Below are positions 1 through 10,585 of a stretch of DNA of 64,000 nucleotides, one piece after another. The stretch is from assembly GCA_003599335.1 (NCBI GenBank), contig QZJN01000007.1, positions 812-64,811 of the forward strand, in the 5' to 3' direction. The notes beneath the pieces are model-generated. The model made no database searches and was not told where the DNA came from. It saw nothing but the letters and a program-made list of their open reading frames with translations. The DNA is from Candidatus Parcubacteria bacterium. Lineage in GTDB: Bacteria; Patescibacteriota; Minisyncoccia; SURF-38. Made by a program: the position numbers and the translations under genes. Numbering within the stretch: the stretch's first letter is position 1; the number at the start of each line of letters is the position of its first letter.

Positions 1-86
1 TTAAGGCTCATGGTGGAAAAATCTGGGCAGAAAGCAAAGGACGAGGGAGGGGATCGACTTTTTCCATAAGCCTTCCAAGCAGATAA
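1..86 (+). CDS. sensor histidine kinase, C-terminal fragment (5' end lies outside the window)
   Basis: Frame 3 reads ...KAHGGKIWAESKGRGRGSTFSISLPSR then a stop at 84-86. This matches the typical end of a HATPase_c domain. Confidence 0.55.
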   Translation, partial: KAHGGKIWAESKGRGRGSTFSISLPSR

Positions 87-90
87 ATAT

Positions 91-1494
91 ATGCAATCAA
101 ACAGAATCTTCATAAAAGAAACCCCACATCACATAGGCAAAAAAATCGTAGTAAAAGGGTGGGTCAGAAACCGTAGAAATCACGGTAAAATTATTTTTAT
201 TGATCTTATTGATAAAGACGACATTCCTCTCCAAGTCGTCTTTACCCCGGGAATTAAAGAGTATTATGAACTGGCAAGCAAACTTCGCGGTGAAGATGTT
301 ATAAAAATAGAGGGCCTTATCAAAGAAAGACCGTCTGGAATGCAAAATGATAAAATACCCACCGGAAAAATAGAGCTGGAATCAGAAACCATAGAATTAC
401 TAAATAAATCAAGAGAATCTCTGCCAATACCGATTGATAATGACGGCTATGATATTAACGAAGAACTGCGTCTTAAAAATAGATATCTAGATTTACGACG
501 CCAACGTCTCCATAAAAACATAAAACTGCGCCATGCAATTTTACATTTTATAAGAAACTATCTTTCCGACAGAGAGTTTTTAGAAATCGAAACACCCATC
601 CTCACAAAATCAACCCCAGAGGGGGCAAGAGATTATGTGGTGCCGTCAAGATTGCAGCAGGGAAAATTTTATGCCCTTCCTCAATCTCCCCAACAATACA
701 AACAACTTCTTATGGTTGCCGGATTTGAGAGATATTTTCAGATAGCGAGGTGCTTCAGAGATGAAGATACGAGAGGGGATAGACAGCCCGAATTTACCCA
801 ACTTGATCTTGAATTGAGCTTTGTTGAACGAGAAGATGTAATGAAGCTGGTTGAAGATTTATTGATAGATATAGTTAAAAAAATAACTCCGGAAAAAACA
901 ATCCAGGAAATACCCTTTCCAAGATTAACTCACAAAGAAGTTATATCTAAATATAAAACAGAAAATCCAGATTTACGTAAAGACAAAACCAATCCAAACC
1001 TGCTGGCTTTTTGTTGGATAACAGACTTCCCGTTTTTTGAAAAAAATAAGGAAGGGGAATGGACTTTTACACACAACCCATTTTCTACGCCAATCCCGCA
1101 ACATCGAGAATGGCTACTAAAAAAAGATAAAATAAACGAAATAATAACCAGCCAATACGACGTGGTCTTAAACGGTTTTGAAATCGGAGGAGGATCAATA
1201 AGAAGCCACACAAAAGAAAGTCTAGAAGCAGTTTTTGAAATATTGGGACACAACAAAGAATCAATAAAAGAAAAGTTTGGTCACATGCTTGATTCATTTA
1301 CGGTTGGGGCTCCGCCACATGGAGGCATTGCTTGGGGCCTGGACAGACTTGTTGCCATTCTCACCAACGAACCAAACATAAGAGAAGTGATAGCTTTTCC
1401 CAAAACCGGCGATGCAAGAGACCCTATGATGGGCTCTCCTTCGGAAATTGATAAAAAACAACTAAAAGAACTGGGGATTAAAACAGATAAATAA
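91..1494 (+). CDS. aspS: aspartyl-tRNA synthetase (short form, class IIb)
   Basis: 467 aa. FRDEDTRGDRQPEFTQLDLE motif 2 region. GGGSIRSH and GLDRLV motif 3. Confidence 0.9.
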   Translation: MQSNRIFIKETPHHIGKKIVVKGWVRNRRNHGKIIFIDLIDKDDIPLQVVFTPGIKEYYELASKLRGEDVIKIEGLIKERPSGMQNDKIPTGKIELESETIELLNKSRESLPIPIDNDGYDINEELRLKNRYLDLRRQRLHKNIKLRHAILHFIRNYLSDREFLEIETPILTKSTPEGARDYVVPSRLQQGKFYALPQSPQQYKQLLMVAGFERYFQIARCFRDEDTRGDRQPEFTQLDLELSFVEREDVMKLVEDLLIDIVKKITPEKTIQEIPFPRLTHKEVISKYKTENPDLRKDKTNPNLLAFCWITDFPFFEKNKEGEWTFTHNPFSTPIPQHREWLLKKDKINEIITSQYDVVLNGFEIGGGSIRSHTKESLEAVFEILGHNKESIKEKFGHMLDSFTVGAPPHGGIAWGLDRLVAILTNEPNIREVIAFPKTGDARDPMMGSPSEIDKKQLKELGIKTDK

Positions 1495-1512
1495 AGAAAA
1501 GAAGTATAAGTC

Positions 1513-2214
1513 GTGTACGCCGTAAAGCTTGAAAAGTTTGAAGGGCCTCTGGAATTACTCCTTGAACTGATAGAAAAGGAGAAACTTAGTATTACCGAAA
1601 TTTCTCTTTCAAAAGTTACCGACCAATATCTCGGCCATCTTAACTCACTCACAGATGTTCATCCGGAAATGCTTGCAGATTTTTTGGTAATCGCCGCTCA
1701 GCTTATTTTAATTAAATCAAAAACCTTACTGCCAGACTTTTCCGTAAACCCAGAAGAAGAAAAGAGCGTTGCCGAACTAAAAAGGCGTCTTGAAGAACTG
1801 AAATTGATAAAAGATTCCTCTTTAACTTTGAGAGAAATATTAAAAAAGAAAAATTATATGTACGAAAGAAATCCAAATAAAATACCGACACATGCAGCAT
1901 TTGTAATGCCGGAAAGCTTAACAATCGAAAACCTAAAAGAAAACCTATTGAAAATGGCAAGACTTATAAACAAACCCAAAGAGTTAAAAAAGGAAACAAT
2001 GCGCCTGATTATATCCCTGGAACAAAAAATTGAGGAGTTAAAAACAAGATTTAGCAAAGTTATCAATAAATCTTTTGGAGAACTGCTCACGAAAGGAGCC
2101 TCCAAACTTGAAATAGTTGTCACTTTTTTAGCCCTGCTTGAACTTACAAAACAAAAATTCATAAAATTAACCCAGGAAAACCCGTTCCAGGATATTCAAA
2201 TAAGAAAAGCTTGA
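1513..2214 (+). CDS. scpA: segregation and condensation protein A
   Basis: GTG start. N-terminus LELLLELIEKEKLSITEISLSKVTDQYL is typical of ScpA. Gene is followed by scpB. Confidence 0.8.
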   Translation: MYAVKLEKFEGPLELLLELIEKEKLSITEISLSKVTDQYLGHLNSLTDVHPEMLADFLVIAAQLILIKSKTLLPDFSVNPEEEKSVAELKRRLEELKLIKDSSLTLREILKKKNYMYERNPNKIPTHAAFVMPESLTIENLKENLLKMARLINKPKELKKETMRLIISLEQKIEELKTRFSKVINKSFGELLTKGASKLEIVVTFLALLELTKQKFIKLTQENPFQDIQIRKA

Positions 2215-2813
2215 CCTCCATGAATGAAGAAAATAAAAAAAATCAGCTTGAAAGCCTTATTTTTGCCGCGACAGAGCCAATTTCTTACAAAAAACTGGCC
2301 AAGCTTTTAGATTTAAAAGTTCAAGAAATCAAAGAGTTGACGGAAAAAATCAACAACCAATATAAAGAATCCAACTCCGGATTGCGGCTAACTTTTAATG
2401 ATTCTGAAGTTCAAATGGTAACTTCTCCAGAAAATTCAGAGATTGTTAATGAATTAACCAAAAGCGATTTAAAGGAGGATCTGTCATTAGCGGCTCTAGA
2501 AACTTTAGCCATTATTATCTATAAGGGTTCACAACGAAAAGTTGATATTGATTTTATTAGAGGCGTTAATTCTGTCTACACCCTAAGAACCCTTCTAATA
2601 AGAGGGTTAATAGAAAGAGAATCGGACCCACAAGACGCGAGGAGTTTTGTTTACAAGCCATCTCTTGAATTAATAAAAAAACTCGGTATATCAAACACCA
2701 AAGAACTTCCAAACTATGAAGAAATTGTGAAAAAGCTTGATGAGATAAAACAAGAAACATTGCGGGTACAAACGGAATTTAAGCAAGACACAATAAAGCA
2801 ACCAAATGACTGA
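2211..2813 (+). CDS. scpB: segregation and condensation protein B
   Basis: LESLIFAATEPISYKKLAKLL winged-helix N-terminus. Start overlaps the scpA stop by 4 nt. Confidence 0.8.
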   Translation: MTSMNEENKKNQLESLIFAATEPISYKKLAKLLDLKVQEIKELTEKINNQYKESNSGLRLTFNDSEVQMVTSPENSEIVNELTKSDLKEDLSLAALETLAIIIYKGSQRKVDIDFIRGVNSVYTLRTLLIRGLIERESDPQDARSFVYKPSLELIKKLGISNTKELPNYEEIVKKLDEIKQETLRVQTEFKQDTIKQPND

Positions 2814-3702
2814 AGATAATGGAAAAATTTTAATTCTTATCAGCGTATTGATTGGGCTTATCTTTTTTACCTGGCAGGTTGGATCAAAAACCATCAATTC
2901 CCAAATTGCATCCCTATCTTATCTAACAGAAACAATCAATGATTTTTCTCAAAAAAATAATTTTGATGTCCCGGTAGAAATTGCCCTGGTGGTTGGCGCT
3001 GACCTGAAAACAATCTATTACACTAAAAACATAGACAAAAAAACTCCCATAGCTTCTTTGACGAAACTCATAAGCGCGATGGTTATAATAGACAATTATG
3101 ATCTGACCGACACCCTTGTCATACCCAGAGAAGCAATCGGTCTTCCCGAAACTAAGAGTATTTTTGGAGCGGGAGAAACAATGAGGACTTTTGATTTATT
3201 GGCCGCATTATTAATCGAATCAAGCAATGAAGCTGCTTATACTCTTGCATATAACTGGCCGAAAATAGAAGGCTCTCTTGAACAAAAAAAGACTTATTTT
3301 ATTGAAGCGATGAACAGAAAGGCAAAAGAAATTGGCCTCTTAGAAACTCATTTTTCCGACCCAGCCGGCCTTGATGACGACAATAGTCTATCAACAGCTT
3401 GGGATGTTGCCATTATGGCAAGACAGGCATTGCGTTACCAACTCATCCAGCAACTGACGACAAAAGAAACCTTTACCGCTTTCTCTATTGAAGGCAGGAG
3501 GCATACTTTTGAGAACTCAAACAAATTACTCACCGTTGTGCCGAATATTAAACTTGGTAAAACAGGCTTCACAGACGGGGCTGGCCCATCACTTGTTTTA
3601 ATAGTCAACCAAGAAACAAAACCAATAATTTTAGTCCTCCTCAACGCCCAAGATAGATTCCTGAATGCCCAAGAACTCCTTGAAAAACTTAACTTTGAGT
3701 GA
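2806..3702 (+). CDS. D-alanyl-D-alanine carboxypeptidase (serine-type, S11 family)
   Basis: N-terminal TM helix. SxxK (ASLTK), SxN (ESSN) and KTG (LGKTGFT) motifs are present. Confidence 0.7.
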   Translation: MTEDNGKILILISVLIGLIFFTWQVGSKTINSQIASLSYLTETINDFSQKNNFDVPVEIALVVGADLKTIYYTKNIDKKTPIASLTKLISAMVIIDNYDLTDTLVIPREAIGLPETKSIFGAGETMRTFDLLAALLIESSNEAAYTLAYNWPKIEGSLEQKKTYFIEAMNRKAKEIGLLETHFSDPAGLDDDNSLSTAWDVAIMARQALRYQLIQQLTTKETFTAFSIEGRRHTFENSNKLLTVVPNIKLGKTGFTDGAGPSLVLIVNQETKPIILVLLNAQDRFLNAQELLEKLNFE

Positions 3703-3736
3703 AAAAAGTAGTCTTCTTGTGCTAAAATAATCGTAT

Positions 3737-4792
3737 ATGGAAACGCTGTTTCAGATTGAGCGCATTTTGGTCGTGGCTTTTGCCAGCTTTATTTTGGCCG
3801 TTGCCATCGTGCCGGTTTTTACCAATTTTATGTATGCCAGACAGTTTGGTAAAAAAATACGCACAGATCAAAATTCGCCAATCTATCAATCCCTCCATGC
3901 TCAAAAAGCCGGCACGCCGACAATGGGCGGAGTTTTGGTTTGGGGGACGGTTACGCTGTTAATTTTATTCTTTGGTTTGATATCCCGTTTCTGGCCTGAT
4001 AGCTTTTTGGCCGAATTCAATTTTTTAAGCAGGTCTCAAACTTTTTTACCCTTTGGCATAATGGTCTTTGCCGGAATCATCGGACTGCTTGATGATCTTG
4101 TCGGAATTATTGGCAAGGGCTGGCTTGGGGGCGGTATCCGTTTTCGTCATCGCTTTATTTTATATGGAATTGTTGCGTCGGTTGGAGCTTGGTGGTTTTT
4201 CTATAAACTGGGGTGGGATTTGATCCACATACCGTTTCTGGGCGACTTCAATATTGGGCTTTGGTATATACCAATTTTTATTTTCATAATAATAGCTTCA
4301 TCTTTCTCGACAAACCAAACAGATGGCCTCGATGGTCTGGCTGGCGGGGTATTGCTTACAGCCTTTTTGAGCCTGATGGTCATAACCTTCGTTCAGGGAA
4401 GATATGATTTGATGGCCTTTTTGGCTGCCATAGTCGGTTCGTTATTGGCTTTTTTGTGGTTCAATATATATCCGGCAAGGTTTTTTATGGGAGATACGGG
4501 CTCAATGAGCATGGGGGCCGTTTTGGGCGTTGTGGTCATGCTTACAAATACAGCCTTGATATTACCGTTTTTTGGAATAATTTTGGTTTTGGAGGCTCTT
4601 TCTACAATTCTTCAATTGTTTTGGCGAAGATTTTTAAAACGTAAATTGTTTCTGTCGGCGCCAATACATCATCACTTTGAGGCAATTGGTTGGCCGGAAG
4701 CAAAAATCACCATGAGATTTTGGATTATCTCATTGGTGTTTTCAATTTTGGGCCTAACAATATTTTTCCTAGACCAACTAATAACTTTGTAA
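3737..4792 (+). CDS. mraY: phospho-N-acetylmuramoyl-pentapeptide transferase
   Basis: Polytopic membrane protein. NQTDGLDGLAGG and MGDTGS signature motifs. Confidence 0.9.
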   Translation: METLFQIERILVVAFASFILAVAIVPVFTNFMYARQFGKKIRTDQNSPIYQSLHAQKAGTPTMGGVLVWGTVTLLILFFGLISRFWPDSFLAEFNFLSRSQTFLPFGIMVFAGIIGLLDDLVGIIGKGWLGGGIRFRHRFILYGIVASVGAWWFFYKLGWDLIHIPFLGDFNIGLWYIPIFIFIIIASSFSTNQTDGLDGLAGGVLLTAFLSLMVITFVQGRYDLMAFLAAIVGSLLAFLWFNIYPARFFMGDTGSMSMGAVLGVVVMLTNTALILPFFGIILVLEALSTILQLFWRRFLKRKLFLSAPIHHHFEAIGWPEAKITMRFWIISLVFSILGLTIFFLDQLITL

Positions 4793-4794
4793 AA

Positions 4795-5913
4795 ATGTTA
4801 AAGACAAAAGCCATTGATATACCCCTGGCGATCACAATTCTTTTTGTGCTTTTGTTCGGATTATTAATGCTCGCAAGCGCCTCTTTTTCTTTGAGTTATA
4901 AAAATTTCGGCCATAACTATTACTATCTTAAACACCAAATTTTTTTTGGAGTTATCAGCGGATTAATTTTCTTGTTTATAGGATTTAAAACTCCTTATGA
5001 ATTCTGGAAAAAAATTGCGCCCGCCGCGTTTATCTTCAGTCTAATCTTGATGCTGCTCGTTTTTTTGCCTCATATAGGCCAGGAAATAAGAGGCGCAAAA
5101 CGCTGGCTGGAGATAGGCGGAATATCTTTTCAACCATCAGAACTCCTAAAATTGACTATGGTTATATATATGGCAGCCCTGTTTGCAAACAAAAACTGGC
5201 AAGCAAATTCTTTCCTTAGAGGCTTTGTGCCTTTCGCGACTATAACAGGAATTATTTCTCTTCTCTTAATATTTCAACCCGATGTCGGAACTTTAATAAT
5301 TTTAGCCTCCACTGCGACGGTGGTCTATTTTTTGGCCGGAGGAAAAATCCTTCATCTTTTACTACTTTTGGGAATTGGTTCGCTGGCCTTTTGGGGATTA
5401 GTCCACAACGAACCTTACAGATTAAACAGAATCCTGGCATTTTTAAATCCAAACATCGACCCTCAAGGAATAAGCTACCAAATAAGCAGGTCAATAATAT
5501 TTATAGGCTCTGGAAAATTACTTGGTTCTGGGATTGGCTCAGACCCATTGCAATATGAAAGATTGCCGGAAGCAATGGGGGATTCAATATTTGCTGTAAT
5601 AGGGCATGAGCTTGGATTTTTCGGCGCTATGGCAGTTGTTTTAGCCTTTTTATTTATCGGTTTACGGGGTCTTAACATAGCCAAGAACACAACCGAAACT
5701 TTTGGTCGTTTGGTCGCCGCTGGCATAACAACCTTTATATGTCTGCAGGCTTTTGTAAACATAGGGGCAATTTCCGGATTTTTACCACTTACCGGAGTGC
5801 CGCTACCCTTCATGAGCTATGGCGGGTCGGCACTTATGGTAGCTCTTTTCAGTGTGGGAATTTTACTAAATATATCTAGTAGTCAAAAATCTCTTAAAAA
5901 TGCCGAAGTTTAA
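4795..5913 (+). CDS. ftsW: SEDS-family peptidoglycan glycosyltransferase FtsW/RodA
   Basis: Multi-TM protein. RLPEAMGDSIFAVIGHELGF and GVPLPFMSYGGSA motifs. Start taken at the internal Met (MLKTK). The track ORF from 4690 overlaps mraY and is probably an artefactual extension. Confidence 0.8.
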   Translation: MLKTKAIDIPLAITILFVLLFGLLMLASASFSLSYKNFGHNYYYLKHQIFFGVISGLIFLFIGFKTPYEFWKKIAPAAFIFSLILMLLVFLPHIGQEIRGAKRWLEIGGISFQPSELLKLTMVIYMAALFANKNWQANSFLRGFVPFATITGIISLLLIFQPDVGTLIILASTATVVYFLAGGKILHLLLLLGIGSLAFWGLVHNEPYRLNRILAFLNPNIDPQGISYQISRSIIFIGSGKLLGSGIGSDPLQYERLPEAMGDSIFAVIGHELGFFGAMAVVLAFLFIGLRGLNIAKNTTETFGRLVAAGITTFICLQAFVNIGAISGFLPLTGVPLPFMSYGGSALMVALFSVGILLNISSSQKSLKNAEV

Positions 5914-7045
5914 ACTTTATAAAATAATGCTGACGGGCGGTGGAACGGGAGGTCATATCTTTCCTCTTTTGGCTGTCGTTCAAGAACTAAAAAGGGTTGC
6001 CAAAACAAAAGGCATCGTCAATCTTGAATTCGTTTTTGCCGGTCCGAAGATAAACGATAAACTATGGCTTGGCATTCTTCAAAAAGCCGGCGTAAAAGTT
6101 GTGAGTGTTAATGCCGGTAAATTAAGACGCTATTCTTCTTGGCAAAATTTTGTTGATCTTGCGATAAAAACTCCGTTGGGAATATTAGAAGCTTTATGGA
6201 AAGTTTTTTGGAACATGCCCGATATTGTTTTTTCAAAAGGCGGGTACGGCTCTGTCCCCATTATTATAGCCGCAAGTATATACAGGGTGCCGATAATAAT
6301 CCACGAATCAGACTCGGTGGCGGGATTAGCAAATAAAAAAGCTGCCAAATATGCAAAGTTAATAGCTCTTGGTTTTCCTGGAGCCGAAAATGACTTTCCA
6401 AATCGAGAAACCGTTACAACCGGGGTCCCAGTAAGAACTGATATAGCCGCCGGATCAAAAGAAATAGCCCATCAATTTTTCAGAATAAAAGGAGGAAAGC
6501 CAATAATTCTCATAATCGGTGGCTCACAAGGAGCGGAGGCGATAAACGATTTTATACTCAATAATCTTGAAGAATTATTAAGATATTTCGAGATAATCCA
6601 TCTAACAGGCGGTAAAAAATTTGAAACTCTCGGAGCCGAACTAAAGGCGAGATTTGGCCACATAGATACGGGCGGTTATCATCCTTACCCCTTTCTGGTT
6701 GAGGAACTAAAGGAGGCTTATGCTATCTGCGACATTGTTGTAGCAAGATCAAGCGCAACGGTAATTTCGGAAATAGCAGCGGTCGCAAAACCAAGCATAC
6801 TGATACCCCTGCCCGGCGCGGCGCAAGACCACCAAAGAATTAATGCCTACAATTACGCCAAGACCGGAGCGGCGATAGTAATGGAGCAACCAAACCTGGC
6901 AACACATCTTTTTATCGACGCCTTAAGAGAATCTTTGGAAAATAAAAAGCTTAACGAATCGATGATCCAAGCAGCCAAAAAATTCTCAAAAATAGACGCT
7001 GCCGAAAAGATTGCCGAAATAATACTTGAAAATCTAAAAACATGA
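5900..7045 (+). CDS. murG: UDP-GlcNAc:undecaprenyl-PP-MurNAc-pentapeptide GlcNAc transferase
   Basis: GGTGGHIFPLLAV N-terminal signature. Lies downstream of mraY and ftsW. Confidence 0.9.
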   Translation: MPKFKLYKIMLTGGGTGGHIFPLLAVVQELKRVAKTKGIVNLEFVFAGPKINDKLWLGILQKAGVKVVSVNAGKLRRYSSWQNFVDLAIKTPLGILEALWKVFWNMPDIVFSKGGYGSVPIIIAASIYRVPIIIHESDSVAGLANKKAAKYAKLIALGFPGAENDFPNRETVTTGVPVRTDIAAGSKEIAHQFFRIKGGKPIILIIGGSQGAEAINDFILNNLEELLRYFEIIHLTGGKKFETLGAELKARFGHIDTGGYHPYPFLVEELKEAYAICDIVVARSSATVISEIAAVAKPSILIPLPGAAQDHQRINAYNYAKTGAAIVMEQPNLATHLFIDALRESLENKKLNESMIQAAKKFSKIDAAEKIAEIILENLKT

Positions 7046-8565
7046 ATGCTTCTGCCCGTCAGCAGCCGATGATTCTTCCAAACCAAGCCGTGCGAGTAAG
7101 AATAGCCCCCTCGCCAACCGGCTTCATGCACATAGGAACGGCAAGAACCGCCCTGTTTAATTATCTTTTTGCAAAAAAACACGGAGGAAAATTCATCCTG
7201 CGTATAGAAGACACCGATGTATCTCGTTCTGAAAAAAAATATGAAAAAGACATAATTGACGGCCTGCAATGGCTTGGAATCAACTGGGACGAAGGAGTTT
7301 TAATAAATGGCGATTATGGTCCGTATCGTCAAAGCGAACGCCTGGAAATTTACGAATCCTACATAAAAAGCCTACTCGAAAAAAATCACGCCTATTATTG
7401 CTTCTGTGCTCAAGAAGAGCTTGAAGCAATAAAACAAGACCAAATGAGCAGGGGAGAAAGGCCTCATTATCCTGGCCGCTGCTCAAACCTCACAAAAGAA
7501 GAAATTCAAAAAAATCTCAAGATAGAAAAAGATTTTATAATCAGAATAAGAATGCCTCTAAAAAAGGTGTCTTTTAATGATTTGATAAGGGGTAAGGTTG
7601 AATTTGATACAGAATTAATCGGAGATGTTGCTATAGCCAAAAGTCTCAATCAACCTCTATATAATCTCGCTGTTGTTATCGACGATGAATTAATGAAAGT
7701 TAGTCATGTAATTCGGGGGGAGGAACACATCTCAAACACAACAATCCAACTAATTCTTTGTGAATATATGGAGTTTGATCCGCCTACATATGCCCATATA
7801 CCCTTAATTTTGGCCCAAGACAGATCCAAACTTAGTAAACGGCATGGAGCTGTATCCGTCACTGAATACAGGAAAGAAGGTTACCTGCCAGAAGCCGTTG
7901 TTAACTTTATGGTTCTTCTTGGATGGAATCCCGGAACAGAACAAGAATTTTTTACTTTAGATGAACTTATAAAAACTTTTGATTTACTCAAGGTTCAAAA
8001 AGCCGGAGCGATCTTCAATCCGGATAAACTTAAATGGTTTAATTCCCACTACATAAAAAATAAGGGTGTAAAAGAACTTCTTAATCTTTGCATCCCATAT
8101 TTTATTCAAGAAAAAATTCTGGAAAAAACAACCGGGGGGTTCAAAAATCCAAAAACAAAAGAGTTGGTAAAAGAAAGCGAGCTTGAAAAAATAATACTTC
8201 TTTTCAAGGAAAGAATGCGGGTTTTAAGCGAAATAACAAAACTAAGCGAAATATTTTTTATAGACCTGCCAAATTACGACAAAAATTTGTTGCGCTGGAA
8301 AGAATTAGATTTTAAAACCATAAAATCAAATCTCTTGAGCATCAGAAAGGCCTTAGAAAAAGAAGACTCTTCTTATTTTAATCGCGACTATTTGTCTTCA
8401 AAACTTTCTGAAATTACTAAAAAACAAGGAGTGGGGGAAACACTTTGGCCATTACGAGTGGCTTTGTCTGGACTTGAAGCATCTCCGGGGCCGTACGAAA
8501 TAATGGATGTTATTGGTAAAGAAAAAACAATAAGAAGAATTGATCATGCGATTGATATGCTATAA
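7042..8565 (+). CDS. gltX: glutamyl-tRNA synthetase
   Basis: RIAPSPTGFMHIGTARTALFNY (HIGH motif) and KLSKRHG (KMSKS motif). Confidence 0.9.
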   Translation: MNASARQQPMILPNQAVRVRIAPSPTGFMHIGTARTALFNYLFAKKHGGKFILRIEDTDVSRSEKKYEKDIIDGLQWLGINWDEGVLINGDYGPYRQSERLEIYESYIKSLLEKNHAYYCFCAQEELEAIKQDQMSRGERPHYPGRCSNLTKEEIQKNLKIEKDFIIRIRMPLKKVSFNDLIRGKVEFDTELIGDVAIAKSLNQPLYNLAVVIDDELMKVSHVIRGEEHISNTTIQLILCEYMEFDPPTYAHIPLILAQDRSKLSKRHGAVSVTEYRKEGYLPEAVVNFMVLLGWNPGTEQEFFTLDELIKTFDLLKVQKAGAIFNPDKLKWFNSHYIKNKGVKELLNLCIPYFIQEKILEKTTGGFKNPKTKELVKESELEKIILLFKERMRVLSEITKLSEIFFIDLPNYDKNLLRWKELDFKTIKSNLLSIRKALEKEDSSYFNRDYLSSKLSEITKKQGVGETLWPLRVALSGLEASPGPYEIMDVIGKEKTIRRIDHAIDML

Positions 8566-9862
8566 AAAAAATTTTATATCCGCCTTTATAATTTTTACCC
8601 TTTTTGTTTCGTTTTTTGCAACAACGGCTGTTTTTGGCCAGGAAGAAACCGAAACAAATACAGAAGAGGCGGACAACGGCCTCTCGGAAGAAAAACTTAT
8701 TGAACTTGAACAACTCCAAAAAGAACTTGAGGTAAAAGAACAAGAAGCAAGAGAGCTTGAGGAAAAAGCCGAGGAATTAAACCAATCAATAGAAGAAACC
8801 CAGAAACAAAAAGACAGTTTGACCAAAGAGATTCAGCTTTTAAATAGCAGGATCAATAAGCTTAACCTCGACATTAAATACACCCAAAACAGAATAAGCA
8901 AAACAAACCTGGAAATTAATTCCCTTGAATACAAAATAGAAGAAAAAATCTTTGAAATAGAAAATAAAACCAAGGCAATGACAAGCGTGATACAGTCTCT
9001 TTATGAAGCCGAACAAGAACAACCGCTAATAGCAATTCTTAGGAACGAAAGCATCTCTGATATGGTTGCACAGATAAATTATCTTTCAACCTTGGAAAGC
9101 CAACTCCTCGCAAATTTAAGACAACTAAAGGATTTAAGAGATAACCTGACTAACGAAAAAAGAAAGCAAGAGGGCCTTAAAACAGATCTTACAAAACTTA
9201 AAAATAAACTGGCCGATCAACAAAACGTTGAGGCATGGCAGAGGCAACAAAAGAATCAGGTCTTAAAAGACACAAAAAACCAAGAAAAAGAATATAGGGA
9301 TCTGCTCGTTGAAACCAATCAAAGACGAGAAGAAATAGCTAGGGAAATCTTTGAACTTGAAGAAAAAATAAGGCTAACAATAGACCCAAACGCAATTCCA
9401 ATAAAAAGACCGGGAGTTTTAGGCTGGCCGGTCGAAACCCACCGCATAACCCAAACCTATGGACCAACAAGCAAAACCGGCTTCAACAACGACTCGTATA
9501 ATTTTCATAACGGTATAGATATCGGTCTGCCTGCAGGAACGCCTGTTTTTTCAGCCGGCGAGGGGGAAGTTATTGCAAACGGAAATGTCAGCCCATACGC
9601 TTACGGGAGATGGGTTGCCATAAAACACCCAAATAATCTTGTCACATTATATGGCCACTTATCGGTCGTAAAAGTCTCAAACGGACAATCGGTCAAAAGG
9701 GGAGAGTTAATAGCTTATAGCGGCAACACGGGATTTAGCACTGGACCACATTTGCACTTTACTGTTTATGCCGGCGACACCTTCAAAACTGTTCAGCGGT
9801 GGTTTGGACTTTTGCCACTAGGCGGATCGGTAAACCCACTTGATTATCTAAATGGAAAGTAA
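8540..9862 (+). CDS. M23 family metallopeptidase with N-terminal coiled coil (EnvC-like)
   Basis: Signal/TM at N-terminus, a long E/K/L-rich coiled coil, and a C-terminal HNGIDIG...GHLS...GPHLHF LytM/M23 domain. Confidence 0.75.
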   Translation: MIMRLICYKKNFISAFIIFTLFVSFFATTAVFGQEETETNTEEADNGLSEEKLIELEQLQKELEVKEQEARELEEKAEELNQSIEETQKQKDSLTKEIQLLNSRINKLNLDIKYTQNRISKTNLEINSLEYKIEEKIFEIENKTKAMTSVIQSLYEAEQEQPLIAILRNESISDMVAQINYLSTLESQLLANLRQLKDLRDNLTNEKRKQEGLKTDLTKLKNKLADQQNVEAWQRQQKNQVLKDTKNQEKEYRDLLVETNQRREEIAREIFELEEKIRLTIDPNAIPIKRPGVLGWPVETHRITQTYGPTSKTGFNNDSYNFHNGIDIGLPAGTPVFSAGEGEVIANGNVSPYAYGRWVAIKHPNNLVTLYGHLSVVKVSNGQSVKRGELIAYSGNTGFSTGPHLHFTVYAGDTFKTVQRWFGLLPLGGSVNPLDYLNGK

Positions 9863-10577
9863 AAAATCTCCAAACAAAAAGATGAAAAATAAAATGCGCA
9901 AGGCAAGCGCGGGTCTTTTTGTTTTTATTATTGCTATTATTATTTTGTTTTTTATTGTTTTTTACCAAGAAGGAAAAAAACTTGAACCGGTTCCTTTTGG
10001 CCAATTGCCAGAAGCCGGGCTCACGCCACGCAATCCCTTTTATTTTATGGACATAATCACTGAAAATTTCCTGTTGCTTGTATACACAGATCCAAGAAAA
10101 GAAGCTGAAGTTACTTTTCGTTTTGCCAAGGAAAAGCTCGCAGAAATAAAGCAACTTGAAATCGTTTCCGAAACAGCCTCTTCGCTTGTTATACAGGAAG
10201 CCAGCAAAAAAGCAGCCGAAAAAGCAAGAAGGCTTTACGATGAATATCTCCTTATTGCTCACGAAAATCTTGTTAAATCAACTGGCAGCGATAAGACGGT
10301 ACGCGATTTAACATATGAATACCTCGATGAAGTTTTAAGCACAGAAGTTAAATCGGCAGATAATTTTTTCCAAAAAATATATAATAACCTGCCGGAATCT
10401 GTAAGAACTAAACTTTCGGACTTTGGAAATTGGATTGGGTCAAAATGGAATGCTTTTATAGGTTTTCTTGAAATCCAAAAAGCGAAATCAAAAGATTTTT
10501 TAAGAGGCTATCTCAAACAAAAAGCTTCAGATTATATAGATAATACCCTTGACGGCAACGCCACCACAGCTCAGTAG
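9852..10577 (+). CDS. hypothetical membrane-anchored protein
   Basis: Lysine-rich N-terminus followed by one TM helix. No recognisable motif. Confidence 0.4.
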   Translation: MESKKSPNKKMKNKMRKASAGLFVFIIAIIILFFIVFYQEGKKLEPVPFGQLPEAGLTPRNPFYFMDIITENFLLLVYTDPRKEAEVTFRFAKEKLAEIKQLEIVSETASSLVIQEASKKAAEKARRLYDEYLLIAHENLVKSTGSDKTVRDLTYEYLDEVLSTEVKSADNFFQKIYNNLPESVRTKLSDFGNWIGSKWNAFIGFLEIQKAKSKDFLRGYLKQKASDYIDNTLDGNATTAQ

Positions 10578-10585
10578 GGGAGGCA

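Noticed and set aside
4690-4794. ftsW starting at 4690 with 100-nt overlap into mraY
   Set aside because: The extension is hydrophilic and non-conserved. An internal Met at 4795 lies just past the mraY stop and begins the first TM segment.
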